The notes: generated by a model not told the origin, from the letters alone. DNA of 63,009 nt, filler included, from Rhabdomonas costata (GCA_019059605.1; 25 parts of 25 records of this genome joined end to end with filler, not necessarily neighbours in it); one strand, 5' to 3'; shown: positions 1-12,532, counted from the first letter of the whole stretch. Numbers and translations: made by a program.

Positions 1-384
1 GGTAGGGCACCAGCGCCGCTGAAGGGGACGGGCAACCCCCACATACGAAAGAGTGCGTGATTTTCAAAGTGCTCGATCTTTTTAAAATGAAAAACCTTTG
101 CTAGCTCGAAAATGTTCTCACAGAAGTAAAAACTGTTACCACTGGTAACCGTTACCATTGCCCCCCAATTTCCATTGCAGTAGGACTGGGAAAACTGACC
201 GGCAATATGGCAGTTTCAGCTTTGAGGGTGCAGGAGGACAAAGGCAGCCAGCGGAGTTGCGCCCTTTCTCTTCGGAGGTTTCCGTTTTGTTCTCACGGGC
301 TGCTTATCAAGCCCCCCCGTCTTCCTTGCTCCGCTAGCTGCAAAGCTCCGGGTCTTCGTGTTGCGCGGAGAGCAAATCTAATTC

Positions 385-2212
385 TTCTGAAGTGCAGGCA
401 AAGGAGTGGAAGAATCACCGAATAAGGGTGTGGCGACATCTGCGGAAGTTAGCATGGTGCCCGGAGCGGTGCTGCCCGCAAACCGCCAAGCTTTCCTGTA
501 CAAGAGAACCCCAGCCTTGGGGACTCCCACTGTGAGCAATGGGCTCGCTACAAGCCCTAAAGTTATTGAAAAAAGCAGCAGTCTTATTTATTCCCCGCAT
601 TCCGGTTGCTGAATCGAGACACTTTGCCAGCGCTCTTTTCTTCGAAGCGGAGGACGCAGCGCGCGGTCAGGCCTCTGTTCTGTTGGGTGGAATTGCGTTT
701 GCGCGGGCCCAGCGGGTGCGCTCAACCTGGAAGAGCTTCATCGGTTGGAACGTTATGTATAGTAGTATGGTAACCTTACAGAAAGAAAGTGTCAATCTAA
801 ATCTCCTATCTGAAGGAATGTCAACGCAAAAGGAAGGGAAAAAAGGGAAGGGAAGGGACAAGTTCGGCCCACAAAGTGGACAAGAATTCGAATCTCTCTC
901 TCTCTCTCAGCTCTGGTATAAAAAACCACCGCATGTTACGCACAAAACACCTTTTGTGCCTTTTGTATAAAAAATCCTGTGTGCAATGATTAAACAGCAG
1001 CTGCGATATCGAGGCTGCACCACCGCCAAAAAAAAGCCCAAGGGTGAGGGAAGAAGGGAGGGGGGAGCATGCTCGAGATGACGACTTCCAGGTTGGACCC
1101 CGTGGCCATCGACAGCGCGCCAGCAATGGCACCCGCGGGAATCGGGCTGGCGATCTGGACACTCTGGAAGGACAGCCAGCCGTCCGAGCCCACGACAATC
1201 GAAGCGAGCCCGCCAACCCCGTCACCAATGATCGGGGCGATTTTGCACCCGCTGAGGTAGATCAACAGGGACTGGTACGTGCTGGCGCTGGAGAGCGTGA
1301 AGGGGTTGGTCGGTGCAGCAACGTCGCCGCACACCACGAAGGAGGTTGTCATTTTCACCCCGTTCACACAGCCCGTTGGCAACACAACGGAACGGTTCAA
1401 GTGAGCAGCGAGCGCGTAAAAAAGGACGCCCGGATCACCGCACATTTGTGATCCGATATGTGAGTGAGTTTTTGTGCCTCTGAAGAAACAGAACCCACAA
1501 AGAACAATCCCTGGCGAACTTAGCTGGGGGCTGTTTGTAACAGCGTCGCCTAGCCCTTGAATTGAAGGGGGGTGGGAAAAAAAGTGAGCTCTGCCTCTCG
1601 ATAACGCGGAGACAGATGTTCAAGGGAATATCATAGGGCGCTCCTTTATCGATTGTGAGGGGCAAGCTCTCGACCGTTTGCTACAGTGACTTTACTTCTA
1701 AATGTTTTGTTCGAAACACCCACCTAACCAGTTGTCCCCCGGAAATCCAAATGATATCAGCAGGCCGCTGACTGCAAGAGCCTCCTGTCGATCAAGAAAA
1801 CCTTGAGGGCAATCCAATACACTTCGACAGGTACAAACATTCCGCTTCCTTTTCAGTATTCGCCGCAACGATGCAGAAGCCCACAAAAAACAAAAACTTT
1901 TTATAAGTTAACAACTGCACTCTGGGCTCTCACCAAGCGACACTCTGGCTTGATCGTGAAAAAACTAAAAACATTGCATCGTGACCACGTCTTGAGCATG
2001 AACCGAACAGTATGAGGCAGAAGAAAGACCCGGTAGCTTTTCCTCTGCGTGCACTTAGCATTATTGAACCGTTAAATGGGTTGGCGTTTCCTGTAAATTT
2101 GGTTTCTGGTATAAATTCCAGACTGCTAGACAAGATCGATGAAGTCGTCACACATTTGTAGTTGAGAAGAAGCGGAATGGGGCTCTTGGCGATTGTTGGT
2201 AAAGTCTTTCCC
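385..2212 (-). CDS. Hypothetical multi-exon protein fragment; exon structure uncertain
   Basis: Open, GC3-rich segment at about 1070-1445 (RSVVLPTGCVNGVKMTTSFVVCGD...GSNLEVVIS). Further plausible exons at about 2030-2212, 1770-1821, 1595-1680 and 385-590. No family recognised. Confidence 0.35.
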
Positions 2213-2424
2213 CTGAAAATATATATTGCGGGTCCAGAAGTATAACATCAAGCGTGGTCGCTGAGGGACCGTGAGGCGGTAAGGGGAACCACCTTCCTCA
2301 TCAGGGTGTGCGCCCGGGCGCTTAACCCCCTCTTCTTCAAGGACAGAGAACTGCCTCGATGACTGCTGGCTCGTCCCGCGTAAGCCTCCCACACAAACAA
2401 CACACCACCCCAAACACACCAACA

Positions 2425-2524
2425 NNNNNNNNNNNNNNNNNNNNNNNNNNNNNNNNNNNNNNNNNNNNTTAATTAATTAANNNNNNNNNNNNNNNNNNNN
2501 NNNNNNNNNNNNNNNNNNNNNNNN
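2425..2524. other. Artificial contig-joining spacer (first of 24)
   Basis: 44 N + TTAATTAATTAA (stops in all six frames) + 44 N. Identical spacers start at 4952, 7479, 10006, 12533, 15060, 17587, 20114, 22641, 25166, 27692, 30215, 32732, 35258, 37783, 40308, 42829, 45353, 47879, 50403, 52927, 55451, 57974 and 60499. The intervening contigs are all about 2.42 kb. Confidence 0.99.
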
Positions 2525-2859
2525 AACTGGCTTCCTGTTTTGGCAGCATACAAACTGCGAACTGCCTTTTTATGGTGGTTCTCATAGTATTTGCAAAACC
2601 AAAGCAGTGGTAAGGTGGTATTTTTTGCAGCTGGTTGGCGGGCAACGTGCGCCGCTCTGTCTGCTTTGAGGACGCCAGATCGACCGTTAATATTTTATCA
2701 TTGCTTACGCGTGGCCAAACAAAAAAATACGGATGAGGCCCATTACATGGTAAGAATAGTTCACTGGTGACCAGTGTTGCAACGTCACGCCTTCATTAGC
2801 GGAAGTAGGCAATGGATACGTGTGGTGATCTATGCAGTAACCATGGGTGGATGATTCCA

Positions 2860-4870
2860 TGGCATCACAGGTTTTTAGTGCTTTCGAAGAAAATAACACT
2901 GCTGAAGTAAAACCTCGCTACAATCTCTTTACATTATAAAATATCTTCATCATTAAAATATTCATATTTCGCTTCCTTATAGTATTACTCTGGTCTGGAT
3001 GAAATTTCAAAACTCTCCTGAACTACTTTGCCTTCATCCGCGTTATGGTCAATCCATTGTACTTCATCTTACTCGTCATTTTCTTCTCCTACATCCGGCT
3101 TTTTAACACAGGCTGCTCTGCGATTGCTATTTATACTTTGACGACATTTGCAACAATTTTACACTGAAACCTGAGATTCAACTCTCTTCCTGAATTGAAA
3201 TGACTACGACAAAACTCGAAACAAAAAGGGGCTTAAAATGGACAACAATTCTGTACCTCGTTACCCCCTCCGGTCAATGTTGGTCCAAAAAAGTGCATGG
3301 CCGGGATGGGCATACTACCACCATAGCTCCAGATCCAGCATTGACCACACTGTGGCAGGAGGTCCAATTTTTGGTGAAAAATGGCCTAAAGTGTAGCAAA
3401 CCCAAGCAAAATAGGCCAAAAACATGCAAAATACGAGCCTAAAATGTGTCCCAGGTGCCATTGTCGGCGGAAGTGGAGTATTTTTAAAACGCTTCGTGCT
3501 AGCCAGTCACAGTAGTGATGGAAAAGGACCTGAGAAGCGTTTGCACGCGAGATAGTGAATTATGAACAATTCTTTCCATGTTGGTGGCCCGTCTTTAAAT
3601 CGAGTTTGTGCTACATTAGATGTCTAAAAAAGACATCAAATAACTCATGAAAACCAATTAAGATAGAATCTTTCTACACTTCTAGGAAATCCATGATGTT
3701 TGACCAATTTAAACTAATGTAATGTTCATTCATCTCATTACTGCATGGTATCAGAACCATAATTGTGGGTTCACGACCGTCAACACCTTGTTCACATCAA
3801 GCATTTACAAGAAACATTGCATGTGACTGGCTGCACGAACAAAACATCCATCGATACATTCCAATTAAATCACAGGAAATTCCAAAATATGTGTGCTAAA
3901 TCTCATAAAACGGTGCTCCGCTTTGCATCTTTGGCAAACATCACAAGAAATCAAGTAAGCTCAAAAATTTCCATTAATGTTTTCGACCTTGTAAGTACGC
4001 TTGATCAGTACAGCCGTCCTGTCAACTTCCAAATGATCTGCTGCAGGTGATTTGTGGTACATGTATATCATCTATCATCTAAACAATTTTACCAAACTAC
4101 TAACGTTTGCCAGGATTTAATTTTGTCGGATCAACAGCTCCATCGTAGTAACGTTGAAGTACCGCTTTCACAGTGCTGTGTAAAGTCGGTAATCTTTCCA
4201 CCAATTGTCTTGCTTCACCTCTGATTCTACTATCAGTGTCGCACAGAGTGGTCCATCAAATCTCAGTGTCAGTGTAAAACAACTACTATTCTATCACTTA
4301 CAAGATTACCTCTTTCACGAGTTTTATATACAAATCATCCTCAGCGACAATTTGCCTTCATTATGGAGTGGATTTATTGCACCGCTAAATTGTTTCACAT
4401 TACAAGGATGCTGCCCTACATGTCATCGATATTCAATGCAGCCGCATCCGGTTTCACTTCATAATAGGCAGCAATGTGAATGTTACCTCTGTAACCAGTG
4501 GCTCGCCGACTCCGAGAATGGGATGCGCGTCGATTACAACGATGTGAGCCAGCGGTTGGTCATACGCGAGGAATGCATCAGTTCCAACGTAATAACACGC
4601 GCAAAAACCCTCTAACTATGGAATTTAATTGCAGCACAGCTACATGGACGTGCTGGTCATGATGACAACTCCAACTTGTCGCCACGATCTAAGTCCATAC
4701 GCGCGCTTCCGATGCCGGCTGCAATCCTGTGCAAAGAACAACTTTATAGCACTTGAAACTGAAGCCTCTCTGTTAACAATATCCAAGATGCTCATTACTG
4801 ACATCAACACTTTTGAGTTTGTCATCTTGGTTAATCTTCACGACAAAGCGACAGAAAAGTATCGCCGTTT
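2860..4870 (-). mobile_element. Decayed Ty3/Gypsy LTR-retrotransposon pol relic (RT-RNaseH-integrase)
   Basis: Minus strand at about 3850-4062 reads YHKSPAADHLEVDRTAVLIKRTYKV...AYLISCDVCQRCK (integrase HHCC zinc finger), followed by SMD- and HHGFPRS-like core motifs. Upstream are RNaseH-like segments (LAYDQPLAHIVVIDA...GVG; FYTD). Many stops and frameshifts, AT-rich, no introns. Confidence 0.75.
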
Positions 4871-4946
4871 GTACACGTGGAGGTAGCAGCTCATACGCGT
4901 ACAAACGGCGATACTTTTCTGTCGCTTTGTCGTGAAGATTAACCAA
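4827..4946. repeat. 48-bp perfect inverted repeat at contig end
   Basis: 4827-4874 is the reverse complement of 4899-4946. Confidence 0.95.
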
Positions 4947-5830
4947 ACAAANNNNNNNNNNNNNNNNNNNNNNNNNNNNNNNNNNNNNNNNNNNNTTAAT
5001 TAATTAANNNNNNNNNNNNNNNNNNNNNNNNNNNNNNNNNNNNNNNNNNNNATGTGTGTGGGCCCTTAGACATGTTCGCAAGGCACTCCTGGCACCCCAT
5101 GGGGCACCCGGTCAGCACGCGGCACAGCACCGCGCCAGCCACATGTTCAGCACAGAAGCAACAGTGAAGGCAGCTGAGCACCAGAGTGCGGACACATCAA
5201 CGCACACATCAGCCAGCCGGCTATGCGCTAGCTACGCAAGCAACCATCCGCACATCTGAGTTCTGTGAGCACTACTGCCATTGTGTGAAAACGGTTATAA
5301 GGACCAAATAAAATACTCCAGAGTCCTTTGGTTTGTGATGGATGAGGGTTGGTATCTTTTGTTAATATTGCTAGCAGAGGATGAACTATCAGAATGGCTG
5401 GGTCAGAAGGAGACGCAGGAATCGTTATTGGTTCTGATTGAGAGGTGGTGACAGAAAAGGGAAGGGATGTTGTTGGGATTTCTGTCGAGCTGTATGTTTG
5501 GGGAGTACCCTTCATCCTCCAAATCAGAACTTCCTCCCAGCAGTCGATCTGAGCAAACCTCTCAGCCGTCCTTTCGACACGTATTTGTGAGCGATATTGA
5601 AGGACCCCAACTGAGAAGCCCGCAGATGGGGGGCTGTTGTAATTGTGGGGGGGAGGACGTGGGGGGTCTTGCAAAACGTTTTTTTCCTTTTTTTTTTGGT
5701 GAAGACATTTTTCGACCACGGGGGTGAGTTAAAGTGCCTTTACCCACTTGATGACGTTGTTTTCCGAAATTGGGTTATGAATACTGTTCTACTGCACCGT
5801 AGATGCCCAAGTATGCCCAAATATCTTCGA

Positions 5831-5978
5831 CCGTTTAACGGTGCTAAACGTTTAACACCCCGGCCTCATCCGTCCGCTCCGGCCGCGCCTCGGGCTGGCT
5901 TCCGCCCCTAAACTAATGCTGTCCCAATCGGTCCTCAAAGTCCCAAAACGTTTAGCACCGTTTAACGTTTAACACCCA
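5831..5978. repeat. Short cassette bounded by about 22-bp inverted repeats
   Basis: CGTTTAACGGTGCTAAACGTTT ... AAACGTTTAGCACCGTTTAACG (one mismatch). AACGTTTAACACCC is also repeated directly at both ends. Confidence 0.8.
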
Positions 5979-5981
5979 GCG

Positions 5982-6844
5982 GTGCAGGCCCGATTTGGCC
6001 CTTTGGAAACGGCTTTGCGGGACCTGCCTGGCCAATTTATCGACGTACATGCTCGACTGAAAGAGGCAAATGGGGAGCTTGCTGCGGTGGAAAAGCGGAG
6101 AGTTCAGCTGAAAGAAACGCAGGATGCGATTTTGAAGGAAGCCAAGGGGGATCGGCAGCAAATTGAGAACTTGAATGACGCTTTGCAAGATCTTAAGGGG
6201 CATCTTACTGGGGTGCACAGCACCATAACGGCCATGGAAAAACGAGTTGGCGCTTTGGAAAAAACCTCCTCTAAGTCTTCTGGGGGATGGTGGACGAGGG
6301 GCAGACTAGCACGTTACGTACCGTGGCAACGATACAGGGCCAATTTGATGCTTCTCAGGGTGTTTTGCAGGACCCACCGCAGGGGCAGGACGTACGTGCT
6401 GAACTGGAAAGGATAAGAGGGGAGCTTGTCCTGCTTCGTGGTGGGTTGTCCTCACAGAGGACTTCCGACCTAACAGACGGGGATCGCGAGAGTGCCGAAA
6501 GGACAAGGGCAATGGAACAGGAACTGCAAGCAGCAAAAGGGGAAATTGCCAATATGTGCAAGTTCCTTAGCGGAGTCTTTGCGCAATTTAAACCCGTCAG
6601 TGACATTGCCGGTGCAAGTAGTACTGGGCTAATGCGGTCAAACCAGCAAGGGGAGTTTGATATGCTCACCAACAGCACTGCCAGTTACTTGTGCCGGGAA
6701 ATAGTAGGCAGCATCCCTCCAGCGGCCTCGGGTCCTTCCGAAGAGAGTCCCACTGCTGGTGGCGCAACCTCTAGTGATAGTGCAGCGGTGGAATCTACAT
6801 GGAATATAGGCGAAGCATATGAGGAGCCATGCTCAAGCTTGTAG
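5982..6844 (+). pseudogene. Frameshifted intronless coiled-coil ORF, possibly a retroelement Gag/ORF1 relic
   Basis: Two overlapping ORFs (5982-6416 and 6287-6844) with heptad-rich sequence join through a frameshift near the GGGGG at about 6282-6286. No splice signals are needed. Confidence 0.45.
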
Positions 6845-7621
6845 GAGGTGTGCGAGAGCAACAAACTACTCCTCAGAGGGGCGGGTAGTTGCGTAGGGTG
6901 ATGACGAATACCATCATTTACTGTCCCTACCGAGACTCTTGGGTTTATTGTAGTTTTTGATAATTATCGATAACAAGCTGCAGAGGTATTGGGGGCCGTG
7001 GACATGCGGTCCCCCGATCACTGACTCTTTGTAGGTTGTGCGAGCCGAGGGTGCTCGGTGTTGGTAGGTCCTTCCTGCTCCGCTTAATGTACATCCACCA
7101 CGTACTTTGTCTGATAGGGCCAGCCCATGGAGGCGCAGCTGAGATCCTCCACTTTTTGGAAAAAAGGAACTTGCCTCGCCTTGAGACTAAAAAGGAGGGA
7201 TCACGTCCAGTCGCAATCTGCTGTCAAACCTGCGCAAGCAAGTTGAGGAGAATTCGCCAGTATTTTTCCTGCCACCTAAGTACGTGGGTTCGCTGGGCTC
7301 CTTAATCGAAGTTTTCACAAAGCGCAAGCAAAGGTGATTGACTAACTAGTCGTAAGTGCCCTACCTTCGGGGCATGAGAGCGTTCTAGCAACATGCTATT
7401 GCACACATATTCAAATAGGCTGGGGGAGCAATCTGATATATTTAGAGCAAGCGGCGGCACGGTGGGTCCAACCCAACANNNNNNNNNNNNNNNNNNNNNN
7501 NNNNNNNNNNNNNNNNNNNNNNTTAATTAATTAANNNNNNNNNNNNNNNNNNNNNNNNNNNNNNNNNNNNNNNNNNNNGGCTCCCGACATCAGTTAACGT
7601 TACCTGCACGTCGGAACACAG

Positions 7622-9009
7622 ACTGCGTTGCCGTCGGCTTTGATTATGGCCAAGCAGCAGTGTGGAGCCTCGCTGCAGGGCACGAGCTGCTGAGGCTCTC
7701 CCATCACACCGGTCGGGTCTGCAGTATGCAATTCAGCCCGGATGGCGGCCACCTCCTCAGCGGCAGCGGAGACAACACTGCCGTTCTGAATGACTCGCTG
7801 AGTGGGTCCGTGGTGATGACTTACAAGGGCCACACCAGCTGGGTATGCCACATACTTTTCCTTCGTTAGAATTCTTTCCTCGCCTGGGATATAAGTAGTT
7901 GTGCGTTTGTGCGTTGTCATTCACCACTAAGCGTCTCCTGCGGAAACTTTTGTTTTTCTGCCCGCTAGCACAAGTAAACAGAGAAGATGAGTAAGCGCAG
8001 AAAATACGACCACGGAAAGTGAAAGCCGAAGGAACAGGGATTACGCAGGTCTCCTGCTGACCAGAGCCCCCGCAGCTGGGGGCAGTGCGCCGGTCGTCGG
8101 GGTCGGGGTCGTCATGAAGACGGCCATTCGGCCATTGATCCCTTGGAGCCTCGGGGGGCCGGAGCAAGACAAAATGAAATAACTAATTGTGGTTCAGAAA
8201 AGATGGAAAATATCACCTTCCTCCCAACCCATCCCGTTCTCGCAGGTTCGAGGGGTGGCTTTCTCCCGTGCAAAGGCCCAGAGCGTTGTCGCCACGGCTT
8301 CCTACGATTGCACTGCTCGGGTGTGGCCTTCAATGGGTGAGCAGGCTGTGGTTGTGCTGCGAGGCCATGGCGGTGGCCTGACCTCTGTGGATCTCAGCAG
8401 TGGGGAAAGCCATTGGGCCGTCACGGGCTCACAGGACAACACTGTCCGAGTGTGGGACTGGCCTACGGGCCGCGAGCTGCAGAGTCTGCAGCAAGGGGCT
8501 TCGGTCTGGTCCTCACAATTCAGCCCGGACAACACCAAGGCGTGCACTTTTTCAGCCAGATACTTTTCCTATTCTTTCGAAGCGTCGAGTCTTCGGTTTT
8601 TGGTGATTCTTCTCGCTAAGATGTGAGAGGAGAGCACTTGTCCGGGTGCACCTATGTGCCTTTTCTTTTCAAATTTTCCTTTAGGTTCTTCCTGGTCGTC
8701 CCTTCGTAGGTTCTCTCCACCTCAGACAAATTCGCCGCTCTGTGGGATCTTCGCGACGGGCGGCGGGAAATGACGCTCAGTGGGCACAGGCGTTTTGTCA
8801 ATCAGGCGGTATTCGCCGACCCCTTGGAGCGGCGGGTGCTCACAGCGAGTGCGGACCATACTTTGAAGGTGTGGGAGCTGCGGAGGGGCACTGAGCTCGT
8901 CACCCTGAGTGGCCACACCGCCGGGGTGCTGTGCTGTTCGGCAGGTGGTGAGGTGGCCTTTAGTGGCGGCTGGGATTCCACTCTGAGGAGTTGGCTGCTG
9001 CCGCCTTGA
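7622..9009 (+). CDS. WD40-repeat protein, 3' part (exons ~7622-7842, 8246-8539, 8710-9009)
   Basis: Multiple GH...WD repeats (GHTSW|VRGVAFS, GSQDNTVRVWD, GHRRFVNQAVF, GHTAGVLCC). The exons join in phase 0 through one GT-AG and one GC-AG intron. Stop TGA at 9007-9009. Confidence 0.93.
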
Positions 9010-9888
9010 AATCCTTTGGCGGCGATTTTGGAAGCGAGGTCGTAACAGAAGGGTCTGCCTTGATGTCTTGGGCGGATGCTTGGGCAGAAGTCATGTATCC
9101 GTCCACTTTTCCCTTCGCTTCTGCCTTCGTTGTCCATGCCTCAAGGAATCCCTCCACCTGCATCCACCCATTATCCCTTCTCCCGACCACGTTGAGGGTG
9201 GTTTTCGACATCTTTGGAAAAACCCCGGTTTTCCTTTCTGGATAAAAACATAAGAAGTATACTAGATTAAAAAACAAGTTCTTACTTTTTGCGCTTTCTC
9301 TTTTCTGTTTCTCCAGCATTTATTGCATCCTTACCATGTCTGAGCGACAGCCTCGCTCCCCCACTCCCACCGATGTGCTGCTTCCCGACCCGTTGCCCTT
9401 CGAGGCTGTGTTCCAGCAGGTTGCTGTGGATGGAGTGTTGCCCGAGAGTCGCCTTACAGACGCCCTGCGAGCCTGGTTTGCATGTGTGTGCGCGCGCGCC
9501 CCAATAAGATACTAAACGTGTGCGCATTTTTCGCTGTGAACCTGGATTCTTCGCCCACTTCATCTGCTTTCCGTCGAACTGGTTAGACTGTAAAAATGGG
9601 TTTAAGTCAAGGCACCAGGAATCAGTCGCAATAGATAAGCTTTGGTGCAATGGTTGTTGCGAAAAAACGCGAACACTGTATGCCTGTTTTTGGAGGAAAA
9701 ATAATCCTCACTAGCCAAGCTTTGTAGTACACAAAGTGAGGTCGAAACATACATTTGGAATTTTTTTTGCTGGCAGCGAGGGCGACCGTTACGTACCATA
9801 TAGAACTAAGGCAAAAGGCAAATATAACACCCACCTTGAGTTGCTTCCCTGTGAAGCCGCGGCTGTTGGTAGCCATGATTATTGGTTT

Positions 9889-10002
9889 GTTGCTATGTTG
9901 CTATACATTAGTAGGTGTACTTCTTTAGGAGAGTTCGTACGTCGCTTTGGGTACTCGGTGATCAGATGAAGTACACCTACTAATGTATAGCAACATAGCA
10001 AC
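9889..10002. repeat. 35-bp perfect inverted repeat at contig end
   Basis: 9889-9923 is the reverse complement of 9968-10002. Confidence 0.93.
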
Positions 10003-10105
10003 CAANNNNNNNNNNNNNNNNNNNNNNNNNNNNNNNNNNNNNNNNNNNNTTAATTAATTAANNNNNNNNNNNNNNNNNNNNNNNNNNNNNNNNNNNNNNN
10101 NNNNN

Positions 10106-11083
10106 GTTTGTGGGTCTGGCAATTAACCTCGCAAGCCATCCATCCAATGGATGGTCTCGAAGGGTAATCGATGTCAATCTGCTGTCATTGTCTTCGCATT
10201 GCTGGACAATTTGCTTGAAACCTGCAGGCTGCCTGTTCAAAACTAACGCGTCGTCAAGTGCTTTCGCCGCCAGGGTTGTAACCGGATTTCCCAAAATATT
10301 GAGAGTCTTCACGGATGCGTTAACCCGGAGAGCTTCTACAAAGCTGCGGCAACCGACATCATGAATCTGATTGTTCTTCAGGTCTATGGAGGCAAGCGAG
10401 CCGGTCTGCAATAAGATCTGGGCAAGGGGTTTGGCGGCACCATCGCTGATTGCGTTGTCGGCCAAATCGAGCTGAGTAAGGGATTGGTTTCCTTGGAGGG
10501 CAACGGCGAGGCCTTTTGCTTCAGAATCTTCGATTCCCAGCCCAGAGAGCGTCAGAACAAGGAGCGAGTCGTTTCCGCGCAGGGCATCTGCGACAAGCTT
10601 GCATGAAAAGGCCTTTTCTGAAGGATGGATGACAAGTTGTGTCAGAGTTGTGTCTCGGGAAAGCAGCCGAAGCACCCCATCCTTCGTTCCTGGCGGCTGG
10701 GTGTTCAAAAGGGTCAAAACAAGGAGCTTCTGCACCAGCCAGTGTGGAATGCCATTGTTCTCGAGGTGAAGGGGGGTGAGGGTAGAATTCGCGGAGCTAA
10801 GAACCCCTCGAAAGGCCTCCGCGCCGTCGTCTCGGATGTTGTTGTGACTGAGATTCAGTTCAGTGAGCGTGGAGTTGCTGCAGAGGGCGCCCACCAGCAG
10901 TTTTGCAGCGGAAGCCCCAAGATTATTACCGCTCAAATCCAGAGAGCGAATTTGACAAGCTTCGTCCTTGAGCAGATTCAGCACGGAGTCCAGGCCAGTG
11001 TCATCGAGGTCTTGGCCTGCCAAAATGAGCTGCGTACAGGGTTCGAAATCTTGCGCATAATCATAAGCATCCGTCATCTCCAT
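10106..11083 (-). CDS. RNI-like leucine-rich-repeat protein, partial (about 1 kb uninterrupted exon)
   Basis: Repeated LxxLxLxxNxIxdxGAxxL motifs (LTELNLSHNNIRDDGAEAF, LTQLDLADNAISDGAAKPL). Two larger modules each end in LLNxQP. The ORF runs off the contig end. Confidence 0.93.
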
Positions 11084-11559
11084 GCAAACCACGGACGGGG
11101 GAAGAACGACAAACACATACACCAACCTGAAGTCTGCAAATAGGAAAGAAGAGGAAGGGAGAAACTAAGGGATTTTGGTTTGGTTGACTGGGGGCAGTGT
11201 ATGAGGACAAGTTGCTAGAATGTCGGGCTCAGATGTGGACATGGCGCTAACGCATCATGGAGACCACCCTCCATCTCTAACTTTTGTGGATTGATTGTGC
11301 TGCACAGCATTTTTATTCGAATTTGCAAATTTAAAATTTGGAATATGAGAATTCAAATTGGGTAGTGCCCAAATTGGGTGTGTTTGTCTGATGTCAACGT
11401 CAAATATGAAGCACCTTTAAACCCCCCTAACCTTACCCTACCCTATCATAACCCAAGAATCCCAACCTTACCCACGAAAATCCAACATGCCAAAAAGAAA
11501 TGCATCAAAAATGATTTAATTGGTTGGTGGCTCTCGCAACAAAATACCTATTGCACAGT

Positions 11560-12532
11560 TGGGCAGCACCCGTTCAAGACATACTCATGAAACCAGTGGC
11601 AGCGCTGCCACTGGAAACACAACCGACAAGTGCTCACAGCAGATGATCATGGCAACAGTGCAGCATACATTAGCGCTAGAGAAAGACCACAGGCAACGAC
11701 AAAGGGGAGCGACGGCTGCACTCGAACGGCCATGTTCCTGCTATGCTGGGTGGTGCGTAAAACTGCTTCGGTGCCCCAAAACCTCCCGGTTTTCCAGCTG
11801 TCAGGTGATACAGGCTGGAATTGAGGTGGATGCTCCCATTTTCCAGAAGTAGGGACCAAGTAAGAACCCCTCTCTGCCTTCTATGCGCCACGTGTTCAGA
11901 ACCTAAGCAATTTGAAAACCTGTGGCCGGTTATGGTCCTAACTTTGGGTTTTCAATATGGACAAACATACTATCGATGTGTTCTGAAGTTTTCGAGTGGA
12001 GCCAGGTGCGAACTTAGTTGTCCGAAAGAGCAGCGTGGGAACTGTGGGGAAAACAACACGAAACACACAACCATACATGGCCCAGAACTGGAAAAAGTGA
12101 GTACATGCTGAGAAGTGGAAGAGAAAAAACACACGAAGGATGAGGCTCCGTTTTTGGGACCCCCTGTTTGCCTATGCCGTGGTAATGGGCAGCTCCCAGC
12201 TTAGCGCCTTGCCATCTCCCCAGACCTTTAGCCTCAGTTGGCCCTTCATACTGGTCACCCACACAGTAGTACGTGGGTGCTTCAGGTAGCGATCCACCTG
12301 AAATCGCCCGACAACAGCAACGAAAAGCCCCACATTTTATAAAGTGGTCCAACGCAGCGCCAGAGACATGCAAAAGTGTATAGAGTTTGCAGAACTTCAA
12401 AAATCCATGCTGCATACTGCAAACACCCCTCTTTACAATAATGGCCTGCAGGAACACGTGCTTCATTACGGGAGGGAACTCCGCTTCGGGGTGCACAGTA
12501 CCGTGAACGAAACGTGCACAGTCCAAAAACCC
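11560..12532 (-). mobile_element. Possible decayed non-LTR retrotransposon remnant
   Basis: Intronless, stop-interrupted reading with a P-x-x-x-x-GLG motif (PTEAKGLG), as found downstream of LINE RT domains. Weak evidence. Confidence 0.25.

Noticed and set aside
2390-2424. C/A-rich 3' contig ends and G/T-rich 5' ends resembling telomeres or nanochromosome ends
   Set aside because: There is no fixed repeat unit and genes are cut mid-exon, so these are more likely low-quality read tails or breaks at low-complexity sequence.
2425-2524. Regularly spaced TTAATTAATTAA every ~2.5 kb, resembling an array
   Set aside because: Artificial N-padded linker between contigs; ORFs containing X runs are artefacts of it.
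2860-3180. Minus-strand frame open except for four TAA codons, suggesting TAA=Gln reassignment
   Set aside because: It lies in a retroelement relic that also has TGA/TAG stops and frameshifts, and intact genes in the window contain no in-frame TAA. Decay explains it.
5060-5260. Cys/His-rich minus-strand peptide (CLHCCFCAEH...CPMGC) resembling a RING finger
   Set aside because: The ligand pattern is incomplete and interrupted by stops, with no supportable exon structure.
11420-11475. Degenerate CCCTAA-like runs (also ~47720, ~54437, ~56256)
   Set aside because: Too short and irregular to call interstitial telomeric repeats.
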